From: Octopus vulgaris
Taxonomy: Eukaryota
Direction of reading: 5' to 3'
Length of the DNA stretch: 64,000 nt
NCBI GenBank assembly: GCA_951406725.2
Contig: OX597819.1
Span: forward strand, 79,732,001-79,796,000
Shown here piece by piece: positions 14,901 to 29,327 of the stretch (positions are counted from its first letter, which is position 1; each line of letters opens with the position of its first letter). The position numbers and the translations under genes are program-made. The notes beneath the pieces were generated by a model that saw only the letters and a list, made by a program, of their open reading frames with translations, was not told where the DNA came from and made no database searches.

Positions 14901-15476
14901 ACATAGACCGTGATTAGCTTTAGCAGAGTCTATTCAGTTGTAAACACTCAGGCCACATCTTTCATCTGAGAATAACTTCTCAGTTTTATACCATCCTCAG
15001 TGTCGTGGAATCCGCCCTTCCACACCTGGCAAAGCGATAAAACATATACATTATTATTGTCATTATTTTTGATCGGGACAGCCCATGATAAATTAATTGA
15101 GCTTCTCGTTTATTTTCACTTTTATTTTTTCTTCAGGTGTAGTTGTATCTAAGATAATATTTGTGTAAATACTCTTTCGTATTTGTTCTATTCAAGATGG
15201 AGAGTGTGGTTTGAGAAGCATTTGGCTGCTATTTCTAGCTTATCTGTCGAGTACGTAAATACTTTCTGATTGTTTTAACCAGGTCATATATTTTCATGGA
15301 AGATATATAATCAGTTGAATTTCTCTTCGTATTACTGGTATTTTGTGTGGCAGTTTGTGCGAGTGTCAACTACAATAGGCTCAGCCTTGTAAGTGGACTT
15401 GGTAGAAACTGAAAGAAGCCTGTCGTCTATCTATTTATCTATCTATCTTTTTTCTTTTATACATATACGTATATAA

Positions 15477-15580
<104 letters not shown>

Positions 15581-16199
15581 GAGTGTATGTACCCAAAGAT
15601 AAAGACGTGTATGGACAACAAGCAAGTGTAATAGTTTGACGCTCAGGAACAATAAAAGAGTATTTGATGTTTCAAGCCTACGCTCTTCAACGGATAGGAA
15701 TAAAAAATATAATAAACGGAGAGAGAATGAAAATACCCTGCAGAATAATTAGAAATAAAGTATGAAAGAAAGGGCGATAATAATAAAAGAAATATATACA
15801 TATACTCGCGTGTGTGTATGTAAGAATGTATGTATGTATGAATGTATGTATATATATATATATGCATGAATGCTGCTTGCAGGATGTTCTCAATGCGCCA
15901 GATATTAAACTTATTAGAACGTATGTTTGAATGCCCTTATATAAATTCGCAAATATGTTAGCCTGAATGTGTACGTGTTTGAAAAATATAATGCTACAAA
16001 AGTATATGCGATTCGCTACAAATCTATTTAAATGAAACATAAACGCACACAGAAAATGATAGTCTTCAACTCAGAGATATATGTATATGCTACTATTCCT
16101 TTGCATATTTCTAAAAGTCCATTCGCGTACACGCGATTCTTCGTATGAGCGCAAGTGTAAGTATATGATTTAGATCTGTGAGAGCAAACTATAGGCTTA

Positions 16200-16278
<79 letters not shown>

Positions 16279-16529
16279 ATAAGTGTATATGTATGCATGT
16301 ATATATATATATATATACATACAATATATATATGTATATGTGTATATACATACATACATATAAATACACATATACAAACAATATATATACACACACATAC
16401 ATATATATATATATTTGTATGTATGTGTGTATGTGTGTGTGTATATATATATATGTGTGTGTGTGTGTAGTATATGTGTATGTGTGTAGTATATGTGTGT
16501 GTGTTTGTGTGTGTGTATAGTATATATGT

Positions 16530-16569
<40 letters not shown>

Positions 16570-17332
16570 TTACGTTTCCATGTCATTTTGATCGTGCTAA
16601 CGTGTTCTATATATCTGTTGTCTTTGTCTAGTAATGCCCTATTTTTCTTCCCACGCATGTCGTTTGCTCACTCTTCCATCGTGACTGTTTCAGCGCCCGA
16701 AAATTACTCGTTTGCCTCCAGATTCTAATATACCTGGCTGTTTTATACAGTAAAACTTCACTACGTCATTATCAGCTATCTGGAGATGACACTCGCCTTT
16801 AGAATGTGGCCATCACCCAATGTGTCGCTGTCACGATTCACATTCATTCAGCAGTCTGGCCATAACGTCGCCTGCTTTCCTCAAACACGTCAACAGGCAT
16901 TCATAGTTTGAAACGATGCGGGGCTTTAGTAAGAAATGACAATATATATATACAGGCACACGCAGAAATAGAAACACATATATTTAGAAACCCTTATAGA
17001 TACATGCACAGTAGGCATACAGATGCAGAAAATGAATGATACAGAGAGACCGATAGAGAAAACTGAGAGACAGATACTGAGACAGGGGGAGAAACTGACG
17101 AAAACAATATATAATATACAAAGCATTATACAATTCTTAATGCATAAATGTATGTAGACACGTATGAATTTATGTGTGTGTGTGTGAGTGTGTGTGTGTG
17201 CGTATTATATATGCACATATGTGTGTGTGCGCGTGTGCATGCGTGTGTGTGTATATGTATGTGGGCGTTTGTATTTATGCATATAGTTACGTGTTCAAAT
17301 GTACATATGTATATATTTTATATACATACATA

Positions 17333-17374
<42 letters not shown>

Positions 17375-17469
17375 TATGAATATAATACACGTACTCAAAC
17401 ATACTCAAACATGCATACACATATATGTTTATAATATACATATATTCACACACACACACACACACATAC

Positions 17470-17502
<33 letters not shown>

Positions 17503-18158
17503 CACGTGTGTGTGTGAGTGTATGTGTGAGTGTGTGTGCTTTCTGCATACAAGTGTGTTTACGAAGCTTAGTAATAGAACCAAGCATAAATATTCTGAAT
17601 CAAACTAATATCCCGAATACGGACACATAAACACACACGCACGTTCGCAAACAAACAAACACACACACACACACACCCACACACACACACATTATATTAT
17701 ATATGAATGTAGAGATTTTATGTAAGTATGAATATCAGTGGAATCGGTAAACGAGACAATGAAAAAATGTAAAATGCCTATGAGAGTTGTGAGACGAAGA
17801 GATTAATGTGACATAAAAAATCATGGCAAGAAGTTATGATAGTTTATACTGCAAACTAACTAGTGTTGGTTATAGTTGTAAAAATTGGCAGTATTTTCTC
17901 CTCCCTGATTCTTCGTATTTCCATTGAAATAAGTTTGTCCGTCTCTTCAATCTTCTTGTCTTCCTCTCCAAACAGACTAACATACACACATATATACACA
18001 CACACAAGCATATACATAGAAATATGCATGTATATATGTATACACACACACACGCACGCACGCACACGCACACACACACACACACATAATAAATGATTTA
18101 GAATCAGTTGAATTAGGTACTTAGGCACCAAGTCAGTCCGGTATCATCCGCACAGCTT

Positions 18159-18241
<83 letters not shown>

Positions 18242-18242
18242 T

Positions 18243-19125
<883 letters not shown>

Positions 19126-19876
19126 AGTAAAGATATTCTCTTTGAAATGAGTGGGATAGTAAACTTTTAGTATTAATACTAAATCTACATAAACAATCAA
19201 TCCAACGATGACCTAGTTTTAGGACTACGTTTCGCTTCAACTACATCACACATTACACGACTAAAGGCGGTGCTCCAGCATGGCCGCAGTCAAATGACTG
19301 AAACAAATAAAGCAATAAAAGAATATATATATGTAATCACATATACAGATGTAGGTTTCAGATGGTTACGTAACATATCTCTCACGCAGAAATCCGTTTT
19401 TTTTCCAGTTATAAACGAAGTACAAAGGTAGTTTCAAATTTGCTCCAATATATTTTAGAATGCATAAATTACAGAAAACTATGAGGAAAACAGTTTAGAA
19501 AGAAAGAGAGAAAAGAGAAAAATAGAAAAATGTTTAGATTAAAAGAGATAAGAGAGAATATAATTTAAAACTAAGGAAGAAGAGGAGGAGTAGTTAACGA
19601 TAACGTAATGATAAAAAATAAATAAAAAACGTTAACTTTCAACCGTAGAAGGAAATAAAATTTAATATTTGTACTGCAAAAGATAGGACAATTCATTCTC
19701 ATGAAGTCTGAGAAGTATGAGCCCACGTTAATAGAATATTAAAGAAATTAAAGATGTCCTCCCTTGCTTTCTGGACAATGACGTCTTTGAATATAAAAAA
19801 GAGTCAGTCCGTCACAGCCTGTGTCGTATTTATCCTACTTTTTATTCGCTTTGATGCCACACCCACGACTAACATT

Positions 19877-20095
19877 TTATTGCACCCTTCTATCGACATA
19901 GTTATGCCTGCGCTTGTACACTTTGAATGTTAGCTTACTGTATTCGCACAGGAGACGGTTAATACTTTGCTCTCCATTTCGACAGATTCCGGATTTGCTC
20001 TCTGAATGAATCATTTTATCAATCCTTGCCTTTATAAAATTCGATTTAATGACTTGTTCCTGAGCGACCATAATTACCGATTCAGTTTCTGAATC
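19877..20095 (-). pseudogene. Old R4/Dong-like fragment (AQEQ..CCHC remnant..YKRRH)
   Basis: ETESVIMVAQEQVIKSNFIKARIDK..C..YKRRHN aligns by eye with the AAQDQ..CRFC..YKLRHD region of the element at 2754-4093. Confidence 0.7.
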
Positions 20096-20692
20096 AGTAG
20101 GTGGTGTTTTGTATTAGTATCTTTTGTAATTTTTGCTCATTATCATCATAATTATTATGATTATCTTAGTTTATATCATCATCATCATCATCGTCGTCGT
20201 CGTCGTCGTCGTTGTCGTCGTCATCGTCATCATCATCATCGTCATTCCTCCTCATTATTATTAATGCCATTAATGATGCTGTCAATGACTTTTACTTTTG
20301 TTATTAATTAATATTTAATCCACTTCTCGTACTTCATTCTGCTTAAGTAGTACAACTTCAGCGTGTTCAAGATTTCATCAGCATGGGGGATCATATTTCT
20401 TAGCCTGCTTGAGAATGACTTGTTTTGTCTTTGGCAGTATAATTTATTATTCTTCTCTTTCCTTTTGCTTGTTATTCATTCTTTTTCATTATCTTTGTTA
20501 TCTTTTCTACTCCCATTTTAGATACCTCTACAATTGTATTCTAGCTTATCACTTTTTACAGGATTTTTTTTCTGTTTAACTAATTTTCTCTGTCTTTATA
20601 TACTTTTATCTATATATTTTGTGTAACTTTACTTATGCAGTCTACAGTTTCTATATAAAAATATATTTGAAACCACTAATGTATTTCCCTTA

Positions 20693-20756
20693 TAATAACC
20701 GAAGAAGGCGGGTATCTGCGTAAGATGTTATGTAACCGCTTGAAACATGCATATTA
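20693..20756 (+). ncRNA. Decayed HHR motif in a pseudo-LTR; diverged inverted partner at ~19345-19470
   Basis: CCGAAGA (20699-20705), helix II AGGCGG/CCGCTT, GAAAC-AT-GCA (U16 changed to C, probably inactive). Confidence 0.5.
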
Positions 20757-21329
20757 AATACATTCAAATTATCCAGAATTGATTTTTGTATTATGAGACT
20801 CATATTCTGTAGGCGTGGAAATAACAGCTAACATACGTTTACTATATATATATGTACACGTTAAAATGTTTTGTATAATCATTTTGTATAAAAGAATTTT
20901 AACCTGTAGTATGAATTTTTTATATGCATTTCAGTAGTACCTATGACCAGTAGTAGAGAATATTTTTCTACTGCCAAGAAAGTTTGAAATCTCGATACTA
21001 AATAAAAAGGACTATATTTTTCATCATTCTGGAATCATTAGAAATACTGAAGTGTAGTAAATATGCATTTGGTTCTTCTGCTTCCTAACCACATAGTTCC
21101 GTGTCCAATGTTACAGCGTGGGATCTAGGGAAAGTGCCTTCTACTATAGATTTGGGTTGACCAAACCTTTGTGAGTGGATAACCGGTGTTGGTGTCTTTT
21201 TGTTCTCAGAACTTAGCTGTTCGGCAAGTAACAGGCTTTACAGAAAAAATGATAAGCTCTGGAGTCGATTTGTTCGACTAAAACTCTAAAAAGATAAAAG
21301 ATATATACATACATACACACACATACACA

Positions 21330-21389
<60 letters not shown>

Positions 21390-21462
21390 CATACCAGTGT
21401 AGGCACATGAATGTGAAACAAGTTGGAAAATATAGTACTCGGATACCGGTGGTAGAGCAATA

Positions 21463-21622
21463 AGCTTTATCAATAATACTGCAAAGATATCACAAAGAGT
21501 AGTACTCAGAGTTTCACGTTCCCGTTCGTCGACAGTTTTATTTCAAAACAAACTGTCCTACGAACGGGATCGTGAAACTCTGAGTAACAGTTTTCATGAT
21601 GATTTTGCAGCTTTATTAAAGT
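21463..21622. repeat. Inverted pseudo-LTR pair with two minimal HHR motifs (21503-21539 minus, 21550-21593 plus)
   Basis: Plus copy: AAACTGT-CCTACGA-ACG/CGT-GAAAC-TCTGA-GTA-ACAGTTT (7-bp helix I; G5 mutated); minus copy has core CGACGA with one C missing. Confidence 0.7.
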
Positions 21623-21623
21623 G

Positions 21624-21667
<44 letters not shown>

Positions 21668-21750
21668 GGTCCCGGGTTGATTCGGGGTTAACCACAGTAA
21701 GTAAGGTACTCAATACATAGCAGAGTAAAATTAATTTATTATATAGAAGG

Positions 21751-21801
21751 AGCTTCTACAGGACTAGTACTGTTTCATTCAAGAGAAATCTTCAGGAAGC
21801 T
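21751..21801 (-). ncRNA. Type I hammerhead ribozyme (copy 1 of 4)
   Basis: AGCTTC-CTGAAGA-tTTC/GAAt-GAA-ACAG-TACTAGTC-CTGT-A-GAAGCT on the minus strand. Confidence 0.8.
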
Positions 21802-22146
21802 ATTTAACAAGAATTGTATTAGCATTTATACATTTAGGCAGGTTTAAAGGAGTGGTGGTGGGGGGACTTTTTGGGGGTAGGCATAGCGCAAAATATCATA
21901 CTTGGGGGAGTGGTCAAGGAGTCAGTGGTAAGTTAGATGAAAGAATAGATAAATAAAAAAATAAAAAAATAAAAAAATAAAAAATATATATAAAAAATAT
22001 AAAAAATATATATATAAGAATATATATATAAAAAAAGGGGGGATAGAGTTATAGGTAAATAAGGAGATTCTCACTTATACCTATACACACATGTATACGT
22101 ATCTACACACACACATATATATATATATATACACATACACATACAT

Positions 22147-22191
<45 letters not shown>

Positions 22192-23002
22192 CATATACAT
22201 ATATACACACATACATACATATCTACATACACACATACATACACCCGCCCACATATACAAATTTATACACATGCACATGCCTATACCTGTCTACACATAC
22301 ACACACGTATATATGCATACACTCACTCCCATGCATGCACGCATACACACATGTATATATATATATATACCCACGACCACACATACATATATACACATAA
22401 AAATATATATTCATACGCACATACACTCATGCACACACAACACACCTAGTTCCCTATATACACATATTTACACCTATATATACATACACCCACATACACC
22501 TATGTACATATATATATATATAAACATATACACGCATACATATATATACATGTGTGCACATACATACATACACACATATATACATACACATACACATACA
22601 CATGTGTACCTATACATACCTACACATACACACATACATACATAAAAATATACATATACATATATATATATACAATCCAATACAGGCCCATTCCCTAATT
22701 TTAATTTTATTATCTTCATTTATTACTTTTGTTATCTTTGATCGCTAGAGCTAAGAATCCTGGCAATGGCTGCATGTCCATTTGTCTGTCTACTAGAAGG
22801 CAAGTACTCATTCCCGCACGCACACTCATTAGCACGTACATTCACCCATTCGTACACTCATACACATACACGTACGCACGCGTTATATTCATACATACAA
22901 ACATCTACATACGTTCACGTATATACACATACGTACTCGTACCTACAGATTCGTGTCTACACTTTAGGAGGCTAGTCTATACATATACACCAATAAATAT
23001 AC

Positions 23003-23033
<31 letters not shown>

Positions 23034-23075
23034 TACACACACACACACATATATACTCCTACATACAGATACATA

Positions 23076-23136
<61 letters not shown>

Positions 23137-23154
23137 TTAATTTATTATATAGAA

Positions 23155-23206
23155 GGAGCTTCTACAGGACTAGTACTGTTTCATTCAAGAGAAATCTTCA
23201 GGAGCT
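23155..23206 (-). ncRNA. Type I hammerhead ribozyme (copy 2 of 4; helix I one base short)
   Basis: Identical core and helices II/III; the 5' strand of helix I is altered at the inversion junction. Confidence 0.7.
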
Positions 23207-23255
23207 TCCTGAAGATTTCTCTTGAATGAAACAGTACTAGTCCTGTAGAAGCTCC
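23201..23255 (+). ncRNA. Type I hammerhead ribozyme (copy 3 of 4)
   Basis: 8-bp helix I GGAGCTTC/GAAGCTCC, core CTGAAGA 23209-23215, GAAA 23228-23231, helix III ACAG/CTGT with palindromic ACTAGT loop, GTA triplet 23245-23247. Confidence 0.82.
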
Positions 23256-23518
23256 TTCTATATAATAAATTAATTTTACTCTGCTATGTATTGAGTACCT
23301 TACTTACTGTGGTTAACCCGTATCAACCCGGGAACTACATATATATATATACATATATATATTTTTATTTATCTATTCTTTCATCTAACTTACCACTGAC
23401 TCCTTGACCACTCCCCCAAGTATGATATTTTGCGCTATGCCTACCCCCAAAAAGTCCCCCACCACCACTCCTTTAAACCTGCCTAAATGTATAAATGCTA
23501 ATACAATTCTTGTTAAAT

Positions 23519-23569
23519 AGCTTCCTGAAGATTTCTCTTGAATGAAACAGTACTAGTCCTGTAGAAGCT
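23519..23569 (+). ncRNA. Type I hammerhead ribozyme (copy 4 of 4)
   Basis: AGCTTC/GAAGCT helix I, CTGAAGA 23525-23531, GTA triplet 23561-23563. Confidence 0.82.
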
Positions 23570-23583
23570 CCTTCTATATAATA

Positions 23584-23616
<33 letters not shown>

Positions 23617-23673
23617 ATATGTATGTATGTATGTATATATGCATGTATATGTGTATATATATATGTGTATATG

Positions 23674-23704
<31 letters not shown>

Positions 23705-23729
23705 GTATCTATATCTATCTATATATATG

Positions 23730-23787
<58 letters not shown>

Positions 23788-23789
23788 TA

Positions 23790-24130
23790 TAAATCCCGCC
23801 AAAAATGAAGGAGAAATGCAAAACAACAACAGCGCTAAGGACGTGGTACATGTAAAGTATTAGCAGACTCTCAGAAAAGGAAAGAAAGATGATTTAACGT
23901 TTTGAGTAACAACCTTCTTCATAAACAGGGAAAAGTCCAATAGAAAGGAAGACGGAGGAAGAACATTGCCAAAGATTCACATGTAGTTACATTTTGAAAT
24001 GACCGGAAGGGAATGGGTGAAGAAAAGTTCTTTCCAAGACAGGAGAGTGTAAGAGAAGGAGGTATGTGTGTGTACGTGTGGGTATGTGCGTGCACGCAAG
24101 TTAGTGTGTGTATTATAGCACGTGTGTGTG
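23790..24130 (-). mobile_element. Decayed pseudo-LTR homologous to 39880-40210
   Basis: Reverse complement aligns by eye with the HHR-bearing unit at 40 kb; its HHR core is mutated (ATGAAGA...AAAACGTT). Confidence 0.6.
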
Positions 24131-24168
24131 CGTATATGTGTGCATATGTTGTGTGGCCTGAATAACAA

Positions 24169-24199
<31 letters not shown>

Positions 24200-24206
24200 A
24201 ACAATG

Positions 24207-24303
<97 letters not shown>

Positions 24304-24365
24304 CAATAATAATAATAATTACATCGAAAAATACCTTAAGAACCCAGGTTCGAAAAATCCTCAAG

Positions 24366-24409
24366 ACACCTGTTGAAGGCTGGAGAGTATATCAGTCGAA
24401 ACATTGTGC
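24366..24409 (+). ncRNA. Decayed minimal HHR motif in a short repeat next to (TAA)n
   Basis: CAC-CTGTTGA-a-GGCTG/CAGTC-GAAAC-ATT-GTG. Confidence 0.5.
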
Positions 24410-24549
24410 TAACAACAAACGAGATGAGGAGAAATGTCCGTCAAATGTAAAAATGTAAATAAGCAATACTTTCGTTCTTATGAATAACGTTTAAAGTAAT
24501 CTTGGTGGCGATTAGGAAGAAGGTGTGTTTGACAGTTATTTTACTAATG

Positions 24550-24900
24550 AAGATGATGATGATGCTGATAGCGGTGGTGGAGATGATGATTTTGATAACG
24601 ATGACGATGATGATGATGATGATGATGATGATGACGACGACGACGACGCCGACTGCGAAGATGATGACGACGAGTATGAATATGACAACGACGGAAACCG
24701 TCATAATCATTATGAGCAACATCACCGTAACCATCACCGTGATGATGAAGATAGTGATGATAAATGAGGTTGATAATGATCGTGTTGATGAAGGAAGTGG
24801 CGATGATGGTGGTGGTGGCGGTGTTGGTGTTGGTGTTGGTGGGTGGGATGATGACGATGAGGAGGAGGTGGAGGGTTGGCTGTGGTGGTGTTGTTGGCAT

Positions 24901-24964
<64 letters not shown>

Positions 24965-24973
24965 CGTGATGAT

Positions 24974-25028
<55 letters not shown>

Positions 25029-25265
25029 AATGATGATAATGATGATGATGATGATGGTGATGACGATAAAGGTGATGACGACGATGATGATAATGAGATT
25101 ATGATAACAATGATGATGATTATGATGATTATGATGACGACGAAGACGTCGACGATGATGATGACGACGACGGAGATGACGACGACAATGATGATGATGA
25201 CGATGATGATGACGGCAATAACGATAATGACATACGATGCTGCTAGTAATGGTTCATGACGATGA
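24550..25265. repeat. (GAT)n/(GAC)n/(GGT)n compound trinucleotide region
   Basis: Read directly. Confidence 0.9.
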
Positions 25266-25394
25266 TTTAACTGAAAGTTTTGGCGAACAGAAAGCTATTT
25301 TCTCGGCGTTTCCCAGAATGATTTCATCACGGCTAAACCTCATTAATCTATTCTCGTCTCATCATATTTCGATTAACACATACACACACGTGTG

Positions 25395-25442
<48 letters not shown>

Positions 25443-25522
25443 TACATACATATATACGCAAACAACACACATATACAGGTATAGGCATATATATATATAT
25501 GTGCATATACGTACATACACAC

Positions 25523-25579
<57 letters not shown>

Positions 25580-26126
25580 AATATATACGCTTGCACGTAG
25601 CAATATGTAATTACATACACCAACGCAAAATGTTATACATATTCATACTCTCTTTCTCTCTCTCTCTCACTCACTCTAGTTCTCCCTTGCTCTTTCTCAC
25701 GCGTACCTCTATACTCACACACTTCTATATATTCATGTACACCCACACATGAATGTATGTTTAAAGTATATAAATTCCTCAAGAAAAATTTTTGGTCGTT
25801 GGGTAATATGTGCGTGCGCGTACGCGTGTATGTGTAAGTGCTTGTGTGTGTGTGTGTGCGTGTGTGTATGTGTGGTGGATAGGGGGACGTCACGAATATC
25901 ATCTTCGTCATCTGCACCACCTCAACCACCACAATTACAACCATCAACGTCACCACCAGCACCGGCGCCACCTCCACCACCACCACCATCGCCACCACCA
26001 CCATAACCACCACCGCCGCTGCCGCCGCCACTACCAATACCACCACAACCATAACAATCATCACTATCATCATCATCTTTATTATAACATTGTGACAGCA
26101 ACAATCTCATTATCAACATCATTCAT

Positions 26127-26167
<41 letters not shown>

Positions 26168-26889
26168 GATGCACAATGGTTCAGTGGTTAGGGCAGTGGA
26201 CTCGTAGTCGTAGGATAGCCTGGTCGGCCACGGCGATCACGGTGATATATATACATAGACATATATATGTGTGTGTATGTGTTACATAAATATATGTATA
26301 TATATATAGAGAGAGAGAGACATACACAAGCATACACACATATATATATACATAAACACTGGTTTGCATATTTAGTGCACACAAACACGCACACGGACGC
26401 ACTCACACATAGGTCTATCAAGAGCTCATTACTCGTAGTAACTCCGCTATCACTACTACCTCCGTATGAATTCGCGTGTGTGCGCCAGCGCGCATGTCCA
26501 TGCCTTTGTACGCAGGTGAGTGCTTATGTATGCATATATGCATGGATATATGTCTGTGTGTGTATATATATTTATATTTATGTATGTGTAACTCAGAAAT
26601 ACATCTACACCTCTAATTTTCTCTCATCTGATAACCAGGTACCGCTTTAATTGCGACCGGACGCTTTGATTTCCCGCAAACCAATAGGCTTTATCATTAG
26701 GTGGCCAAAGTTGGTGCGGTATTTTATTTCTAATAACCTGAATATTTGCTCCTAAGGACTCAATGACTTTGCGGGAAATTCTTAATCAGCTTTACCATTA
26801 TTTACCTGTTGCTATGCTTGTGAAACATATTGCAATTGACCATGATGTTCAAAAAAAAAATATTTCGAAAACAGAAACAATTTGCCTGT

Positions 26890-27051
26890 CAGGTGTGACG
26901 GTGTGGTAAGAAATTTGTTTCCCAGCCACATGGTTCCAGGTACAGTCTCACTACGTAGCACCTTGGGCAAGTGTCTTGTACTATAGCCACGGGCCGACCA
27001 TACCCTGGTGAGTAGGTTTGGTAGAGAGAAACTGTAAGAAGTCTGTCACAT

Positions 27052-27097
<46 letters not shown>

Positions 27098-27328
27098 ATA
27101 TACATAAATGTGTGTGTGTATTTTTGTGTCTGTGCTTGTCCGCGACTACCGCTTGACAACCCGTGCTGGCTTGTTTACGTCTCCGTAACTTAGCGGACCG
27201 GCAAGAGTAACCGATAGAATAAGTACCAGGCTTAAAAATACAAGTACTGGGGTCGATTCTTTCGACTAGAAATTCTCCAAGGCGGTGCTCCAGTATGGCC
27301 GCAGTCTAGTGACTGAACCAAGTGAAAT
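26890..27328 (+). mobile_element. tRNA-derived SINE family A, full length, diverged
   Basis: Head GGTGTGGTAAG, CACCTTGGGCAAGTGTCTT, tail GGCGGTGCTCCAGTATGGCCGCAGTC..GACTGAA. Confidence 0.85.
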
Positions 27329-28203
27329 ATATTACAAGCGTTCTTGTTAACCACACACCGATGTGGAAACCCATAAATGTTGATCTTTCAACGGTTCAGA
27401 TATATTTCTCCACCCTACTTTTAGTTCGGTTGCATCGACCCTTGTTATCTAGCTACCAATTCAATCCAAAACAGTTTCAAATGGCAGTGAGATTCACAAC
27501 AACAACAACAACCTAATGTCAGCTGTTCATTACTAAACAGATCGCGAACCTAAATATAGAACCCATATTTTTTAGCACTTGTTACTCGATATTGTCACAC
27601 TTGAACTTCGAGACAACCGTTGCAAACTGCAAGGCAATCCATCCGGCGGCATCGCGAGGTTTCTCTTTATATTTTCGTTTTGAATATATCATTCTCTCCA
27701 CCTCTTTTCTAATGTGAATCCTTTCATGAATACGCATTTTATCATTTTTAATAATATATTTTTTAAAATATTTTCTTTTTTTCCTTTTAATGTAAATTTC
27801 GTTTGAAATATATTGTTTTAAATATAGCGTTTTATCGATTTTGATAATATTTTCGTGAAATTTGAGCTAGATTTAGAACGAATAAGTGGTTTATCACTTT
27901 TATACATGTAGGCGACATATCAAAATAAATAGATGAATAAATAAATAAATATGAACAGCTTTCAATTTTTTAAGTTTCACTTGTATAAATTTTACATTTT
28001 TAAAAAACTGTAGCCGCTTTAGTTTCATTTAGTTGAGTGATGGGTGGGAGAGACAATCAAACATCTAAAAATCCAAAACGGGACGAATAGGCGCAGCTGT
28101 TTGGACGCTCAATATTTGGCTCGACTGACTGGGCATTCAGCCTGTTTTGGTGGTAGTGCTTATTAGCGCAGGAGGCAAAAACGCGCGCGCGTATACACAT
28201 GCT

Positions 28204-28264
<61 letters not shown>

Positions 28265-29282
28265 GCACGTGCACACACATACACACACATGGTCAGAAAT
28301 ATACAGATACAAATAGAAAGAGTGATAGAGAGAGAAGGGAAGCGGGACATTAGAATTCATTAATTGGTCAGGATTGACAGAATTCCTTCACTTCATCCAC
28401 GCAGAGAAGTAGAGAAAAATGCTCATAGACATAAACAGAAAGAGGGAAAGAGAGAGGGAGAGAGTGAGGGAGTGAGAGAGAGGAGGAGAGAGAAAGAGGA
28501 AAGGAGAATGAGAGAAACACTGCAACGTCTGATGTCAGATAAGTCAGAGCAGAACCACCAATGTCAAGGAGGCGGTGCCTAAATGGCTATGCCTAAATGG
28601 CTATGCCAAAACGTAACATATCCCTAAAGAATGTAAGAGGAAGATAGAAAGAAAGGGGAGAGAGGAGGGAGAGACACAAGTGAGAGAGAGAGAGAATAAA
28701 TCTATTAAATAGAAAGTATAAGTGTTGAAGAATTCAACAATATCACCATTTAAATGACTGTTCTGGAAAAATAATAAAAAAATAATTTTTCAGAGCTTAC
28801 CAATTCCGAATCAAAAATCAGATGGAGACTTTTGTGGAGGTTTTTGAAACGCACGATAAAATATTTCAAAAACAATAATTGAAGACAGTCTAATGCAAGG
28901 GAACTTAAAACATGAGAGAAACCAATACTTTGGCAAGAAATTGAAAGAAGATTCTCTAATACAAGAACACTTTAAACAAAAGAAAAAAAACAGGACGACA
29001 TTAGCTGCTTTATAAAGAACCAGGAAAACTAAGGAGATTTCTCAAATACATGCCACTTTTCATGAATTCATGAAAATGGTCCAAATAGGATTGAAAGATG
29101 TGATTAAAGAAAAGGATTTGAAGCAACTCAAATACTGGATCTAAGTTCACTTTTTGTTTTGGTGATGATCTGGTGGTACTTCTACCTATTTCCGGTTCGT
29201 ATAAACAACAAGCGTATACCCTCAATATAGTGTGTAGCGTTATATATACTCTTCCTCCTCCTCCTCCTCCTCCTCCTCCTCC

Positions 29283-29327
<45 letters not shown>

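Larger units (their letters stand above)
21665..23586. mobile_element. Non-autonomous Penelope-like/retrozyme-like element with inverted and tandem pseudo-LTRs
   Basis: 21665-21965 is the near-identical reverse complement of 23201-23340 plus 23360-23586; the unit has TATAAAT before and AATAAA after the HHR; no coding capacity; embedded in (TA)n. Confidence 0.8.

Noticed and set aside
28560-29200. Short direct repeats (GCCTAAATGGCTAT) and faint transposase-like peptide traces
   Set aside because: No recognisable catalytic motif or matching second terminus.
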